From assembly GCA_001800135.1 (NCBI GenBank), contig MGUU01000002.1:2388-66387 (forward strand): DNA of 64,000 nt. Reading direction: 5' to 3'. How positions within the stretch are numbered: position 1 is the stretch's first letter; every line of letters starts with the position of its first letter. The position numbers and the translations under genes are program-made. Source of the DNA: Elusimicrobia bacterium RIFCSPLOWO2_02_FULL_39_32. GTDB taxonomy: Bacteria; Elusimicrobiota; Elusimicrobia; 2-02-FULL-39-32. The notes under the pieces were generated by a model, which saw nothing but the letters and a program-made list of their open reading frames with translations, did not search any database and was not told the DNA's origin. Shown one piece after another: positions 1 through 10,127 of this stretch.

Positions 1-1758
1 GGTTACTTTTATTAAACCATCCTGCACTAAGGTGCGCAAACCATTCTTAACCGCCACAGCTTTCACATCGTCATTTTTTATGCCTGGTTTACAAATATCT
101 CTTAAAGGGCCATTCATCACCATCAGTTCATGAATAGCGGTTCTGCCTTTCATTCCTTTGTTATTACATTTGGAACAACCTTTAATTTTCATAAAAGTTG
201 CTCCTTTGGCATCTATTCCAGACTCTTCAATAATTTTTAAGACTTCTGCGGAAGGATTTGGATCTGGCTCTTTACAAGATTTGCAAAGAGTGCGAATTAA
301 CCGCTGCGCTAAAACGCACTCTAAAGTAGATGCGATCAAGTAAGGGGCTACTCCCATTTCAGCTAAACGCGCGATCACAGACGTAGCGTCATTGGTGTGA
401 ATCGTGGAAAGCACAAGATGTCCTGTCATCGCGGCTTCACAGGCAACGTGACCAGTCTCTTCATCACGAATTTCTCCAACCATGATCGTATCTGGATCCT
501 GCCGTAAAAAGGATCTCAATGCCGCTGAAAAATCGAACTTTCTTCCATCTCCAAGAGAAAGGTCTGGATTCACCTGCACCTGAACCACGCCTTCCAAATT
601 ATATTCCACAGGATTTTCCGCTGTTAAGATTTTCTCTTCCGGGTCGCGCACAGCAGCTAGCGCCGCCATAAGAGTAAAAGATTTTCCAGAACCTGTGGGT
701 CCGCAAACTAAAATAAGTCCGTAAGGTTTGGAAAGAGATTCTAAAAAACGCTCTTGTGTGTCAGGTAAAAACCCAAGTTGATCTAAAGTAAGTTTTGCTC
801 CTGAACGGTCCAGAATTCGCATCACAGCGCTTTCTCCCATGACCGTTGGCACAACATTGACGCGAAATTCATAAGGTTTGCCTTTTACCTTGATTGCAAT
901 GCGTCCGTCCTGGGGGATGCGCCGTTCCGTAATATTCATTCCCCCCATAATTTTTACCTTTGCGATTAAAGCATTCTTAAAAGTAAATGGAACTTTAAAA
1001 GTGCTTTTTCTTAAAGCTCCATCTACCCGGTAACGGATTAATATTTTTTTTTCAAAAGGTTCAATATGAATGTCCGAAGCGCCCAAACGAATTGCCTCCA
1101 AAATAATGGCATTGATCAATTTTTCTACCACTGGCGCGGAAGCATTCACCTGCATAATGTCTTCTATGCTAAACTTATCAATTTCTACCTGACCTTTTTC
1201 TCCAGCTGGCGAACCTTCTAACCCTTGCAGCAATTGTTCTGTCATTTCCTGGGCGTCTTCCGCAAATTCCTCTTGAGAAATTTGAGGCCCCTGCTCCTCT
1301 TCAGATTCTTCCGCTTCTCCTGGAGCGGCATGAACTTTTGAAATCGCTTTTTGAATGTCGGAGGAAAGGGCAAAATGCGGTTTTATTTGAATGCCAAAGC
1401 GCAGACCAATGTCTTCCAAAACAAAACTGTCCTGCGGGTTACGCATGGCGAGTAAAACATATTCATCCTCTTTAGCATAAGGCACAACCATCTTTTCTTT
1501 GGCAAAATCTTTAGGCAGGAGTTTTCCAATTTCAGGGTCAATTTCCAATGCCGCTAAATCAATGCAGGGAACATCCATTTTCGTGGAAAGTGTCTCTAAA
1601 ATTTGATCCTTGGGGACCATGTTTAAATCCAATAAAACCTGGGGCGCGTCTTTCCCAGACTTATCACATTCTTCCATAACCTTTCCCGCCATTTCTGTGT
1701 CAATCAGCCCGCTGGCAGTAAAAAGTTCGCAAATCTCGCTAACAGTTGTATCCGCCAT
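1..1758 (-). CDS. Type II secretion / type IV pilus assembly ATPase (GspE/PilB family). The C-terminus is truncated by the window edge.
   Basis: Minus-strand translation from the ATG at 1756-1758 has an N-terminal GspII_E domain. It shows Walker A GPTGSGKS, Asp/His boxes, and a tetracysteine CKSC...CSKC. An AGGAAG RBS lies upstream. Confidence 0.85.
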   Translation of the reverse strand, partial: MADTTVSEICELFTASGLIDTEMAGKVMEECDKSGKDAPQVLLDLNMVPKDQILETLSTKMDVPCIDLAALEIDPEIGKLLPKDFAKEKMVVPYAKEDEYVLLAMRNPQDSFVLEDIGLRFGIQIKPHFALSSDIQKAISKVHAAPGEAEESEEEQGPQISQEEFAEDAQEMTEQLLQGLEGSPAGEKGQVEIDKFSIEDIMQVNASAPVVEKLINAIILEAIRLGASDIHIEPFEKKILIRYRVDGALRKSTFKVPFTFKNALIAKVKIMGGMNITERRIPQDGRIAIKVKGKPYEFRVNVVPTVMGESAVMRILDRSGAKLTLDQLGFLPDTQERFLESLSKPYGLILVCGPTGSGKSFTLMAALAAVRDPEEKILTAENPVEYNLEGVVQVQVNPDLSLGDGRKFDFSAALRSFLRQDPDTIMVGEIRDEETGHVACEAAMTGHLVLSTIHTNDATSVIARLAEMGVAPYLIASTLECVLAQRLIRTLCKSCKEPDPNPSAEVLKIIEESGIDAKGATFMKIKGCSKCNNKGMKGRTAIHELMVMNGPLRDICKPGIKNDDVKAVAVKNGLRTLVQDGLIKVT

Positions 1759-1902
1759 TTTAATTATCTACTTCCTGCTGATAAACTGTTTTCAAAACTT
1801 TTTGGAAACGAAAGTTTTTTAGATTAATCTCTTTCATATTGTTTAATTTTACTATAACCTGAATAGAAAAAATTGTCAACCCCATTTTATTTTTATATAT
1901 TG

Positions 1903-1947
1903 AACCCGAAGACTGCGCACTTTAAAACTTTGTGAAAAATTCGGGTT
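1903..1947. repeat. Mini palindromic element, copy A, related to the MITE-like family
   Basis: AACCCGAAG...TTTGTGAAAAATTCGGGTT. Same termini as the other copies. The TTTGTGAAAAA segment recurs inside copy C. Confidence 0.45.
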
Positions 1948-1954
1948 AAAGGTT

Positions 1955-2455
1955 ATGACGCTGAAAAAAAATATAAAAAAAATTTATAAAGAAACTTCCG
2001 CTGGAGGAATTGTTTTTGATTTTGAATCAAAAGAGCATGACTCTATTAAACTTTTAATGATTCAAGTAAAAAATTTAAAAAAAGAGATGGTCTGGACTTT
2101 TCCCAAAGGCCATATAGAAAAAAATGAATCTGAAACCGAAGCTGCTTTAAGAGAAGTATTGGAAGAAACCGGTTGGAAATGCAAAATCTTTAAAATCAAC
2201 AATAATAATTATTTAAAAAAAGTATTTTATCAATTTAAAAGAAACGAAAAATGGATTCATAAAAAAGTGGTCTGGTATTTAATGGTCCCTATTACAAAAG
2301 CAGGAAATAAAGATCCGGAAGAAGTGTTAGAAGTTAATTGGTTTAGTCCGGAAGAAGCGCAAAAAAAAGTAAAGTATCCTTCGGATAAAATTATCTTAAA
2401 ACTATTGGCAGGAATTAGAACTAAACTAAAAGAGAATAACCGCCGTCCGCAATAA
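1955..2455 (+). CDS. NUDIX hydrolase
   Basis: Nudix box GHIEKNESETEAALREVLEETGW (GX5EX7REUXEEXGU). Confidence 0.8.
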   Translation: MTLKKNIKKIYKETSAGGIVFDFESKEHDSIKLLMIQVKNLKKEMVWTFPKGHIEKNESETEAALREVLEETGWKCKIFKINNNNYLKKVFYQFKRNEKWIHKKVVWYLMVPITKAGNKDPEEVLEVNWFSPEEAQKKVKYPSDKIILKLLAGIRTKLKENNRRPQ

Positions 2456-3194
2456 TGGTTTGACCTACAATCCAACGCGCTTCCTCACTGCATAAAAATG
2501 AGACCACATTGGCTATATCCTGAGGATGGCCAATCCTGCCCACAGGGGTTTTTGTTTTTGCCAAATGAACCATCTCTTCATATCTGGGAATTTTTTTTAG
2601 GGATTCAGTCACCGTGGTTCCAGCCATCACCACATTCACATTGATCCCTTTAGGAGCAAGTTCCACGGCTAGATAACGACTTAAACATTCAATTCCAGAT
2701 TTTGCTAAACCCACCGCGGCATAATTAGGCAAACAGCGATTGGAGCCATGGCTTGAAATGGAAACTATTTTGCCGTGCCTTCCCTGCATCAAAGGCACAG
2801 CAGCCTTTGCGCAAATGAAAAGAGATTTTAAATTAATTTGCAGGGTTCTTTCCCATTCCTCATCCTTAAGGTCAAGAATAGGTTTTAAATCCCCAGTGGC
2901 CGCATTATGAATTAAGAAATCCAATTTACCGAATTTAAGTTTGACGGTTTCAAAAATGTTTGAAAGCTGTTCAACATTGCCCATGTTCGCTCTCAAAGGA
3001 AGCACCTGGATTCCATAAGAGGAAAGCTGTTGTTCAGCCTGCAAAGCATCCGAGCGGCTGCGCAAATAAGTAAAAACAATATGCGCTCCCTTTTTAGCAA
3101 ACTTTTCTGCAATCGCATATCCAATGCCTCGGGAACCGCCGCTAATCAAAGCGATTTTATCTTTAAAAGGTCTTAAAATATTTAACTCTTGCAC
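2421..3194 (-). CDS. Short-chain dehydrogenase/reductase (enoyl/3-oxoacyl-ACP reductase-like)
   Basis: N-terminal Rossmann motif ISGGSRGIGYAIA, the NAA motif, and a catalytic YxxxK context. Confidence 0.75.
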   Translation of the reverse strand: MQELNILRPFKDKIALISGGSRGIGYAIAEKFAKKGAHIVFTYLRSRSDALQAEQQLSSYGIQVLPLRANMGNVEQLSNIFETVKLKFGKLDFLIHNAATGDLKPILDLKDEEWERTLQINLKSLFICAKAAVPLMQGRHGKIVSISSHGSNRCLPNYAAVGLAKSGIECLSRYLAVELAPKGINVNVVMAGTTVTESLKKIPRYEEMVHLAKTKTPVGRIGHPQDIANVVSFLCSEEARWIVGQTIIADGGYSLLV

Positions 3195-3217
3195 GGATTT
3201 ATTTAATATAGCATAAT

Positions 3218-4690
3218 TTGAACACGCTTATGAATTATGAATGTGTCATTGGTTTAGAAGTGCATGTTCAGATCAATACTGAAAGCAAACTTTTCTGCTC
3301 ATGCCCCACTTTCTTTGGAGCCCCTCCGAATAGCCAGATCTGCCCGATTTGCGCAGGCTATCCGGGAGTTTTACCCGTGCTCAATAAAAAAGCGGTTGAA
3401 TCTTTAATAAAAACCGCTTTGGCTTTGGATTGCGCTGTAAATCAGGAATCTATTTTTGCCAGAAAACAATATTTTTACCCTGACCTTCCTAAAAATTATC
3501 AAATTTCCCAATATGAAAAACCTTTGGCGGAAAATGGAATTTTAATTCCTTTCTCTACAACCGGAGAAGATAAAAAAATAAAAATTAAAAGAATTCATTT
3601 GGAAGAAGATGCGGGAAAATTAATTCATACCATTGGAGCCACAGAGTTAGATTATTCTTTAGTGGATCTCAACCGCACAGGCATACCGCTCATGGAAATT
3701 GTCTCAGAGCCGGACATGAGTTCCGCAAAGCAGGCTCAGGACTATTTAACCACACTAAAGATGATCCTGGAATACTTAAAAGTTTCAGATTGTAATATGG
3801 AAAAAGGATCTCTCCGCTGTGATGCCAATATCTCAATTCGTCCAGTTGGAACCAAGACTTTAGGCAATCGAGTAGAACTAAAAAACATGAACTCTTTTCG
3901 AGGGGTGCACGATGCTTTAGTCTTTGAAATGGAACGACAAATACAAGCGCTTGAATCCGGCGGACGAATTGTTCAAGAGACTAGGCTCTGGGACACAGAT
4001 CGTAAACAGTCTGAATCCATGCGTTCCAAAGAAGAGGCGCATGACTACCGCTATTTTCCTGAACCAGATCTCCTGCCTTTAAAAGTCACAAGTCCTTGGA
4101 TTGAAGAGATCCGAGCCCAGCTGCCTGAGCTGCCTCATCAAAAACGTAAGCGTTTCATCCAAACCTACTCCCTTTCAGAATATGACACCATGGTGCTTAC
4201 ATCAAACCCTGAATTAGCTGAGTTCTATGAAAAATCCATATCATTTCTTCCCCAAAAAAAAGAGGCTGCTAAACTTATTTCTAATTGGTTAACCACTGAA
4301 CTCCTGGGCCGTTTAAACTCCTCTAATAAAACAATTTTAGAATCGCCGATTAACCCAGAAGCCTTAAGCGAACTAGTTAAACTGATTCTGGATGGCGTCA
4401 TCAGCGGTAAAATAGCTAAAAATGTGTTTGAGGAGATGTGGAAAGAACATAAAAAACCAAGCCATGTGGTGAAAGAAAAGGGCTGGGTGCAAGTACAAGA
4501 TGAAAAGGAGATTGAAAATTGGGTAACCCTTTCCATTGCCCAAAATCCTAAAGCTGTGGAAGAATTTATGAAGGGAAAAGAAAAAGCATTGGGAGCTTTA
4601 GTGGGCGCTGTCATGAAACTTTCTAAAGGGCAGGCGAATCCTGAGCTGGTGCATCAAATTTTACAGAAAAAATTAAAAAAAACTTTGTAA
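3218..4690 (+). CDS. gatB: Asp-tRNA(Asn)/Glu-tRNA(Gln) amidotransferase subunit B
   Basis: Starts YECVIGLEVHVQINTESKLFCSC and contains the GatB catalytic core. C-terminal YqeY-like tail. Confidence 0.9.
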   Translation: MNTLMNYECVIGLEVHVQINTESKLFCSCPTFFGAPPNSQICPICAGYPGVLPVLNKKAVESLIKTALALDCAVNQESIFARKQYFYPDLPKNYQISQYEKPLAENGILIPFSTTGEDKKIKIKRIHLEEDAGKLIHTIGATELDYSLVDLNRTGIPLMEIVSEPDMSSAKQAQDYLTTLKMILEYLKVSDCNMEKGSLRCDANISIRPVGTKTLGNRVELKNMNSFRGVHDALVFEMERQIQALESGGRIVQETRLWDTDRKQSESMRSKEEAHDYRYFPEPDLLPLKVTSPWIEEIRAQLPELPHQKRKRFIQTYSLSEYDTMVLTSNPELAEFYEKSISFLPQKKEAAKLISNWLTTELLGRLNSSNKTILESPINPEALSELVKLILDGVISGKIAKNVFEEMWKEHKKPSHVVKEKGWVQVQDEKEIENWVTLSIAQNPKAVEEFMKGKEKALGALVGAVMKLSKGQANPELVHQILQKKLKKTL

Positions 4691-4772
4691 TTAACCAGCC
4701 AATCAGCCAATAAAAAAAGGCATGAAAAGCGGTTGACAGGCTAAATATAAATTTGTATTTTAATCCAACTTT

Positions 4773-6197
4773 ATGATCCCTATTCGATTTGGAACCGCTG
4801 GCTGGAGAGCTATCATTGCAAAAGATTTTACCTTTGGCAATGTAAGAATTGTGGCGCAAGCGATTGCAGACTATCTGCGTTCAGAAAAATTGCATCATCG
4901 CCAACTTATTGTGGGATACGATTCCCGTTTTCTTTCAGAAGATTTTGCGCGAGCAGTGACTGAGGTTTTAACCGGCAACAGTATCCAAGTAATTCTTTGC
5001 AATCGAGATTCCCCAACGCCTGCAATCGCCTTAGAAATACTAAAGAGAAAAGCCGCAGGATCCATTAACATTACTGCCAGCCACAACCCACCGGAATATT
5101 CAGGAATTAAATTCTCTAGCGCCTGGGGCGGACCTGCTTTGCCGGAAGTCACTCGCTCCATTGAAGATCGTTGCGCCCTGCATATGAGCGATGGCAAAAA
5201 TTTGCCCAGGCTTTCCCTCAATGACGGGCGCAAAAAAAAATTAGTTGTAGATTTTGATCCTAAACCCAGTTACATAAAACAAATCTATAAACTCATAGAT
5301 TTTAAAGCTTTAAAACGGGCTAAACTTTCCTGTGTCTGCGACCTACAATACGGCACTGCCAGAGATTATCTGGATAGTCTTTTAGAAGATGCTGGCTGCA
5401 AGGTCACCATTCTGCATAACTACAGAGATGTTCTTTTTGGCGGCCATGCCCCAGATCCATCTCAAGAAAATTTAACGGAACTCATCTCGATCATGAAAAA
5501 ACAAAAATCTGACATTGGCCTTTCCACAGATGGGGATGCGGACCGATTTGGAATTATTGATTCAGATGGAACTTTTCTTACTCCTAATGAAATTTTGCCT
5601 CTTGTTTTAGATCACATTGTGCGCACCAGAAACTGGAAAGGGGTTGTTGCCAGATCCGTGATGACCAGCCATTTTCTGGATGCTGTGGCCAAAATGCATA
5701 ATATTGAAGTAAGAGAAACCCCGGTTGGATTTAAATACATTGCTGAAATTATGCTTAAAGAAAATTTTATTCTTGGCGGGGAAGAATCCGGAGGACTCAC
5801 GATTAATGGGCATATTCCGGAAAAAGATGGCATTTTAGCCTGCCTGCTTTTGGCTGAAGTAAGAGCTGTTTCCAAAAAACCTTTAAGACAATGTCTATTG
5901 GAACTCCAGAAAAAAGTAGGATCTTTCTTAACCCACCGTTTAAATTTCCATCTCATGCCTGAAAAAATGAATGCCTTAAAAGAAAAACTTTCCACACATC
6001 CCCCCACAAGCTTAGGGGATTTCACGGTCAGAAGAATAGTGGATTTAGATGGATTTAAATTTATTATGAAAGATCAATCCTGGCTGGGCATTCGCTTATC
6101 TGGAACTGAGCCTGTGGTTCGGCTTTATGCGGAAAGCGATTCTGAAAAAAAACTAAATCGTCTCGTTTCCCACGGTAAATCACTGGTCGGCGCTTAA
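4773..6197 (+). CDS. Phosphomannomutase/phosphoglucomutase (alpha-D-phosphohexomutase family)
   Basis: Active-site motif TASHNPPEYSGIKF. Metal-binding loop DGDADRFGIID. Sugar-binding motif GGEESGG. Confidence 0.85.
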   Translation: MIPIRFGTAGWRAIIAKDFTFGNVRIVAQAIADYLRSEKLHHRQLIVGYDSRFLSEDFARAVTEVLTGNSIQVILCNRDSPTPAIALEILKRKAAGSINITASHNPPEYSGIKFSSAWGGPALPEVTRSIEDRCALHMSDGKNLPRLSLNDGRKKKLVVDFDPKPSYIKQIYKLIDFKALKRAKLSCVCDLQYGTARDYLDSLLEDAGCKVTILHNYRDVLFGGHAPDPSQENLTELISIMKKQKSDIGLSTDGDADRFGIIDSDGTFLTPNEILPLVLDHIVRTRNWKGVVARSVMTSHFLDAVAKMHNIEVRETPVGFKYIAEIMLKENFILGGEESGGLTINGHIPEKDGILACLLLAEVRAVSKKPLRQCLLELQKKVGSFLTHRLNFHLMPEKMNALKEKLSTHPPTSLGDFTVRRIVDLDGFKFIMKDQSWLGIRLSGTEPVVRLYAESDSEKKLNRLVSHGKSLVGA

Positions 6198-6218
6198 CCC
6201 GAACAATTCAGTTGGATT

Positions 6219-7940
6219 GTGGGATTCGAATTATTAATGATTTGGTTTAACTCAAAATTAATCCATAAAAACCTACTATTCCTGTTTCTCTTAGTTCCCA
6301 CGCTTTTTTACACTGGGACTTACGATCCATTCATCATAAAAAAATTTCTGGCTCTCACCTTTATCTTCATGGGGAGTTGGCTCTGGATCATACGCCTATT
6401 AGAAAATAAGATTCCATTTCAAAAACCATCCCTGCTCATTCCTCTTACTCTGTTTTTAAGTTCAGTCATTCTTTCAGCAAAAAATGCTTTATACCCCGCG
6501 CTTATTTTTGACTATTTCCTCTGGACACTGGCTTTAAGTTTGCTTTATCTTTTAAGTTCGCAAATAAATAATCAAAAGTTTAAAGAAAATTTATTTTTTA
6601 CTATTGCTCTGGCCACCGCCATTTCCGGAATTTATGGCGCATTCCAACATTTTGGTTTTGATTTTGTTCCTTGGACAAAAAAATGGGATGCCCGTCCAGG
6701 CTCAACTTTTGGCAACCCAAACTTTGCCGCAGGATGGTGGATCCTCACAGCCCCTATTTTTCTTGCGCTCTCTCTGAAACAAATGCAAGAAAAACGCTCT
6801 TACTTATTCTTTAGCCTAACAGCCTTGATAGGTCTGTTAAATCTTTATTGGAGTAGAACCAAAGGCGCGTCCTTAGCTCTAGTCTTATCCCTTATTTTTG
6901 GAATTGGATTCTATCTCTATTATGTTAAAAAAGAAAAAAATAAATTTTTAATGCCTGCCTATTTTTTAATTTGCATTCTAATCTTATCCGGACTTAGCCT
7001 TTGGATAAGCCAAGAATGGAAAAAGCGCATGCAAGACCAATCGTTAAGAGAAAGAATCTTTAAATGGGAAACTGCCAAAGAGATTGTTAAAGCCAACCCT
7101 GTTTTTGGAGTGGGAGCTAACCACTTAAAAGTGCATTTTGCTCATTATCAGGCAGAAGTTAAAAAAAGAATGCGGATCCAACTAATCTCCACAAGCGAAT
7201 CAAACGTGCATAATGAATTCCTACAAATTTGGGCAGAGCTTGGGATACTTGGACTCTTCTCCTTTCTCCTCATCTTTATCCAATGGTTTTGGAAAATGAT
7301 TAAATCCTTAAATAATCAAAAAGAAAAACTGCTAGAAAATACAGGGCTTTTAACCAGTATTCTTTCATTTCTTTTTTATAGTCTTACTAACTTTCCTTTT
7401 CATCATGTTCCCACTGCCTGTCTATCCTTTTTTATTCTAGGAATAAGCGAATCTGCAATAAATGAACCGCCTTTAATCAAAACTGAAAAAACGATTTCCA
7501 AAAACATTTTTTTAAGAATAAGCGGAATCTTTTTATTTGGGCTGCTTTTTATTAAATGGATCCTGCCTGCTTTTAAAGCTGACCTTTTTCGCTTAAAAGC
7601 AGAGAATGCTTTTTTAAGCAAAGATTTTGAAACCGCAGTTCAATTTTATAAAAAAGCGATTCGCTTAGACTTTTATCATTCGGAAAGAACCGCCTACACC
7701 TTAGCTGAATCTTTAAGGGCCCAAGGCAAAATTAAAGAAGCTCTGGAAGCCTATCAAATCTCAGCGGCTTTAAGAAATTATGGAGAAGTTTACAATAATA
7801 TTGGAAATTGCTATTATCTTTTGCACAATAAAAATGCGGCGATCGAAAATTGGAAAAAAGCTATCCAACTTGGCTTACCAGATGAAAATGCTCAAAAACA
7901 AGCAGAAGAAAACCTTAAAATTATCATTGAAAACAATTAA
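6219..7940 (+). CDS. O-antigen ligase/polymerase-like (Wzy_C) polytopic membrane protein with C-terminal TPR repeats
   Basis: About 10 TM helices and a Wzy_C-like loop. C-terminal TPR motifs (AYQISAALRNYGEVYNNIGNCYY...). Confidence 0.65.
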   Translation: MGFELLMIWFNSKLIHKNLLFLFLLVPTLFYTGTYDPFIIKKFLALTFIFMGSWLWIIRLLENKIPFQKPSLLIPLTLFLSSVILSAKNALYPALIFDYFLWTLALSLLYLLSSQINNQKFKENLFFTIALATAISGIYGAFQHFGFDFVPWTKKWDARPGSTFGNPNFAAGWWILTAPIFLALSLKQMQEKRSYLFFSLTALIGLLNLYWSRTKGASLALVLSLIFGIGFYLYYVKKEKNKFLMPAYFLICILILSGLSLWISQEWKKRMQDQSLRERIFKWETAKEIVKANPVFGVGANHLKVHFAHYQAEVKKRMRIQLISTSESNVHNEFLQIWAELGILGLFSFLLIFIQWFWKMIKSLNNQKEKLLENTGLLTSILSFLFYSLTNFPFHHVPTACLSFFILGISESAINEPPLIKTEKTISKNIFLRISGIFLFGLLFIKWILPAFKADLFRLKAENAFLSKDFETAVQFYKKAIRLDFYHSERTAYTLAESLRAQGKIKEALEAYQISAALRNYGEVYNNIGNCYYLLHNKNAAIENWKKAIQLGLPDENAQKQAEENLKIIIENN

Positions 7941-7967
7941 AAGCGCTGGTCCTGGAGGCCATTTTTC

Positions 7968-9269
7968 ATGAACAAAATTCAATCAATAAAAGCGCGAGAA
8001 ATTTTAGACTCAAGAGGAAACCCCACAGTAGAAGTGGAAGTGGCGGTGGAAAAAAACAAATTTGGCAGGGCTGCTGTGCCCTCTGGAGCCTCTACTGGAG
8101 AGCATGAAGCAGTGGAATTAAGAGATGGAGACAAAACGCGTTTTAATGGGAAAGGGGTCACAAAAGCTGTAGCAAACATTCATCAAAAAATCGCTCCGGA
8201 ATTAGTTGGAATGGATGTATCCCAACAAATAGAAATTGACCAAAAACTAAAAAATTTGGATGGCACTGCCAATAAAAGCTCTTTAGGAGCCAACGCAATT
8301 TTAGGAGTTTCTTTGGCTCTCATGCGAGCATCCGCTAAAAGCCAAGAGATACCACTTTATGAAGCGATTCGCAGAGCTTATCATTTAAATCATAAAACCT
8401 ATGCGCTGCCTGTGCCCATGATGAATATCTTAAATGGAGGGGCTCACGCAGACAACAATGTGGACCTGCAGGAATTTATGATCATGCCTCTAGGATCAAA
8501 AAATTTTGCGGAAGCTTTGCGCTGGGGTTCAGAAATTTTTCATCAATTAAAAACCGTTCTGCATAAAAGAAAATTAAATACTGCGGTAGGGGATGAGGGC
8601 GGCTTTGCTCCAGACCTAAAATCAAATGAAGAAGCAGTGGAAGCTATTTTAGAAGCAGTTCGTCTTGCTGGATATAAAGCCGGCAGTGAAGTTGCCATTG
8701 CCTTAGATCCTGCAGCCAGCGAATTTTTTGAAAATAACAAATACCATTTAGAAGGAGAAACCAACGATCAAGTAAAAGATTCCCAGGCTATGGTCAAATT
8801 TTACGAAAACTGGACTAGTAAATATCCAATTGTTTCCATAGAAGATGGTGTAGCAGAAGATGACTGGGAGGGATGGAAAATTTTAACTGAAAGATTAGGC
8901 AAAAAAATACAACTGGTTGGGGATGATCTTTTCTGCACCAATACCGTGCGTTTATCTGAAGGCATCCGCAAAGGGATCGCTAATTCTATCCTGATTAAAC
9001 TAAACCAAATTGGCACTTTAAGTGAAACTGTGGAAGCGATTACCATGGCTCAAAATGCGGGTTACACCACTATTATTTCTCACCGCTCAGGCGAAACCGA
9101 GGATACTTTTATTGCGGATCTGGCGGTTGCCACCAATGCGGGGCAGATTAAAACAGGCTCTGCCTCGAGATCTGAACGCATTGCCAAATATAACCAGCTT
9201 TTACGCATAGAAGAACAACTAGGCTCCAAAGCTGAATATCCAGGAAAACAAGCGCTTCTTTTTAACTAG
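7968..9269 (+). CDS. eno: Enolase
   Basis: [17 protein letters not shown]-terminus. Enolase signature SHRSGETED. Confidence 0.95.
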   Translation: MNKIQSIKAREILDSRGNPTVEVEVAVEKNKFGRAAVPSGASTGEHEAVELRDGDKTRFNGKGVTKAVANIHQKIAPELVGMDVSQQIEIDQKLKNLDGTANKSSLGANAILGVSLALMRASAKSQEIPLYEAIRRAYHLNHKTYALPVPMMNILNGGAHADNNVDLQEFMIMPLGSKNFAEALRWGSEIFHQLKTVLHKRKLNTAVGDEGGFAPDLKSNEEAVEAILEAVRLAGYKAGSEVAIALDPAASEFFENNKYHLEGETNDQVKDSQAMVKFYENWTSKYPIVSIEDGVAEDDWEGWKILTERLGKKIQLVGDDLFCTNTVRLSEGIRKGIANSILIKLNQIGTLSETVEAITMAQNAGYTTIISHRSGETEDTFIADLAVATNAGQIKTGSASRSERIAKYNQLLRIEEQLGSKAEYPGKQALLFN

Positions 9270-9350
9270 CCCGAATCATTCATTTAGTTGTGAGAACCGA
9301 GATGAAAAAATGGCTGGATTTTTTATCGTCTTACACAATCTAAATGAATG
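9270..9350. repeat. MITE-like palindromic element, copy B (degenerate). It is inserted directly at the eno stop codon.
   Basis: It starts CCCGAAT and has an 11-bp perfect inverted repeat, CATTCATTTAG / CTAAATGAATG. Its internal core GAGAACCGAGATGAAAAAATGGCTGGATTTT is shared with the copy at 11931. Confidence 0.55.
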
Positions 9351-9378
9351 TTTTAGGCTAGGTTAATCTTTTACTTGG

Positions 9379-9669
9379 ATGAAGGAAATACCAGCTCGAT
9401 GGAAATGGATCGCTCTTGGTTTAATTTTATCTATTCTTTTTCTATCCAGCGACTCCACCCGCTCCTATTGGAAAAAAAGAAGATATTACAGCCATTTAAA
9501 AAAACAGCTGGAAGAAATAAAAACCAAAAACAAAAATTTAAAGATTGAGATTGAACGTTTAAAAAATGACCCTAGTTTAATTGGGGAAGTTGCGCGCAAA
9601 GAACTAAGAATGAGCAAGCCCGGAGAAATTGAATATCGTTTTGTGATTGAACCATCCTCTAAAAATTAA
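9379..9669 (+). CDS. ftsB: Septum formation initiator (FtsB/DivIC family)
   Basis: Single N-terminal TM helix and a coiled coil. C-terminal motif PSLIGEVARKELRMSKPGEIEY. The position downstream of eno is conserved. Confidence 0.6.
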   Translation: MKEIPARWKWIALGLILSILFLSSDSTRSYWKKRRYYSHLKKQLEEIKTKNKNLKIEIERLKNDPSLIGEVARKELRMSKPGEIEYRFVIEPSSKN

Positions 9670-9806
9670 ATGTATCTTCTTCGCACTTTGAGGCTATCCA
9701 ACGGAAATAAATTTTTAAAAAATTTTTTCTTTGGATGGCATATTTCATTCGACTAAAAAGATACAATCAATTTATATAGCCAATACTTCAAAATTAAGAT
9801 TATGCC

Positions 9807-10067
9807 ATGACACCTATAGAAACTATTGGAATGATTGCGGCAGTTGCCATGCCCTTTTGGAACATTCCTTTGATAATAAAAATTTGGAAAAGAAAATCCT
9901 CAGAAGATATTAGTTTAGTTTGGGTGATCGGGGTATGGGTTTGCATTTTACTGATGTTCCCTTCTGCCTTAACTTCTCAAGATTTAATTTTTAAAAGCTT
10001 TGGGATTGTCAACACGCTTCTATTTACCTGCGTTGTGATCGCAGTCGTCAAGTTTAGAAATCGTTAA
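9807..10067 (+). CDS. SemiSWEET / PQ-loop small sugar transporter (3 TM helices)
   Basis: 86 aa with 3 TM helices. The KRKSSEDISL motif aligns to the SemiSWEET TRSARDISL loop, and the C-terminus is KFR. Confidence 0.5.
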   Translation: MTPIETIGMIAAVAMPFWNIPLIIKIWKRKSSEDISLVWVIGVWVCILLMFPSALTSQDLIFKSFGIVNTLLFTCVVIAVVKFRNR

Positions 10068-10127
10068 TTAAATCCCAACTCTTGAACCATCCTACCCACT
10101 ATTATTTACGAATTCTACTCAATCAAG

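Noticed and set aside
6197-6245. AACCCGAA...GGGATTCGAA: possible fifth MITE copy or tRNA-like T-loop.
   Set aside because: Only one terminus matches. No inverted partner. No tRNA cloverleaf.
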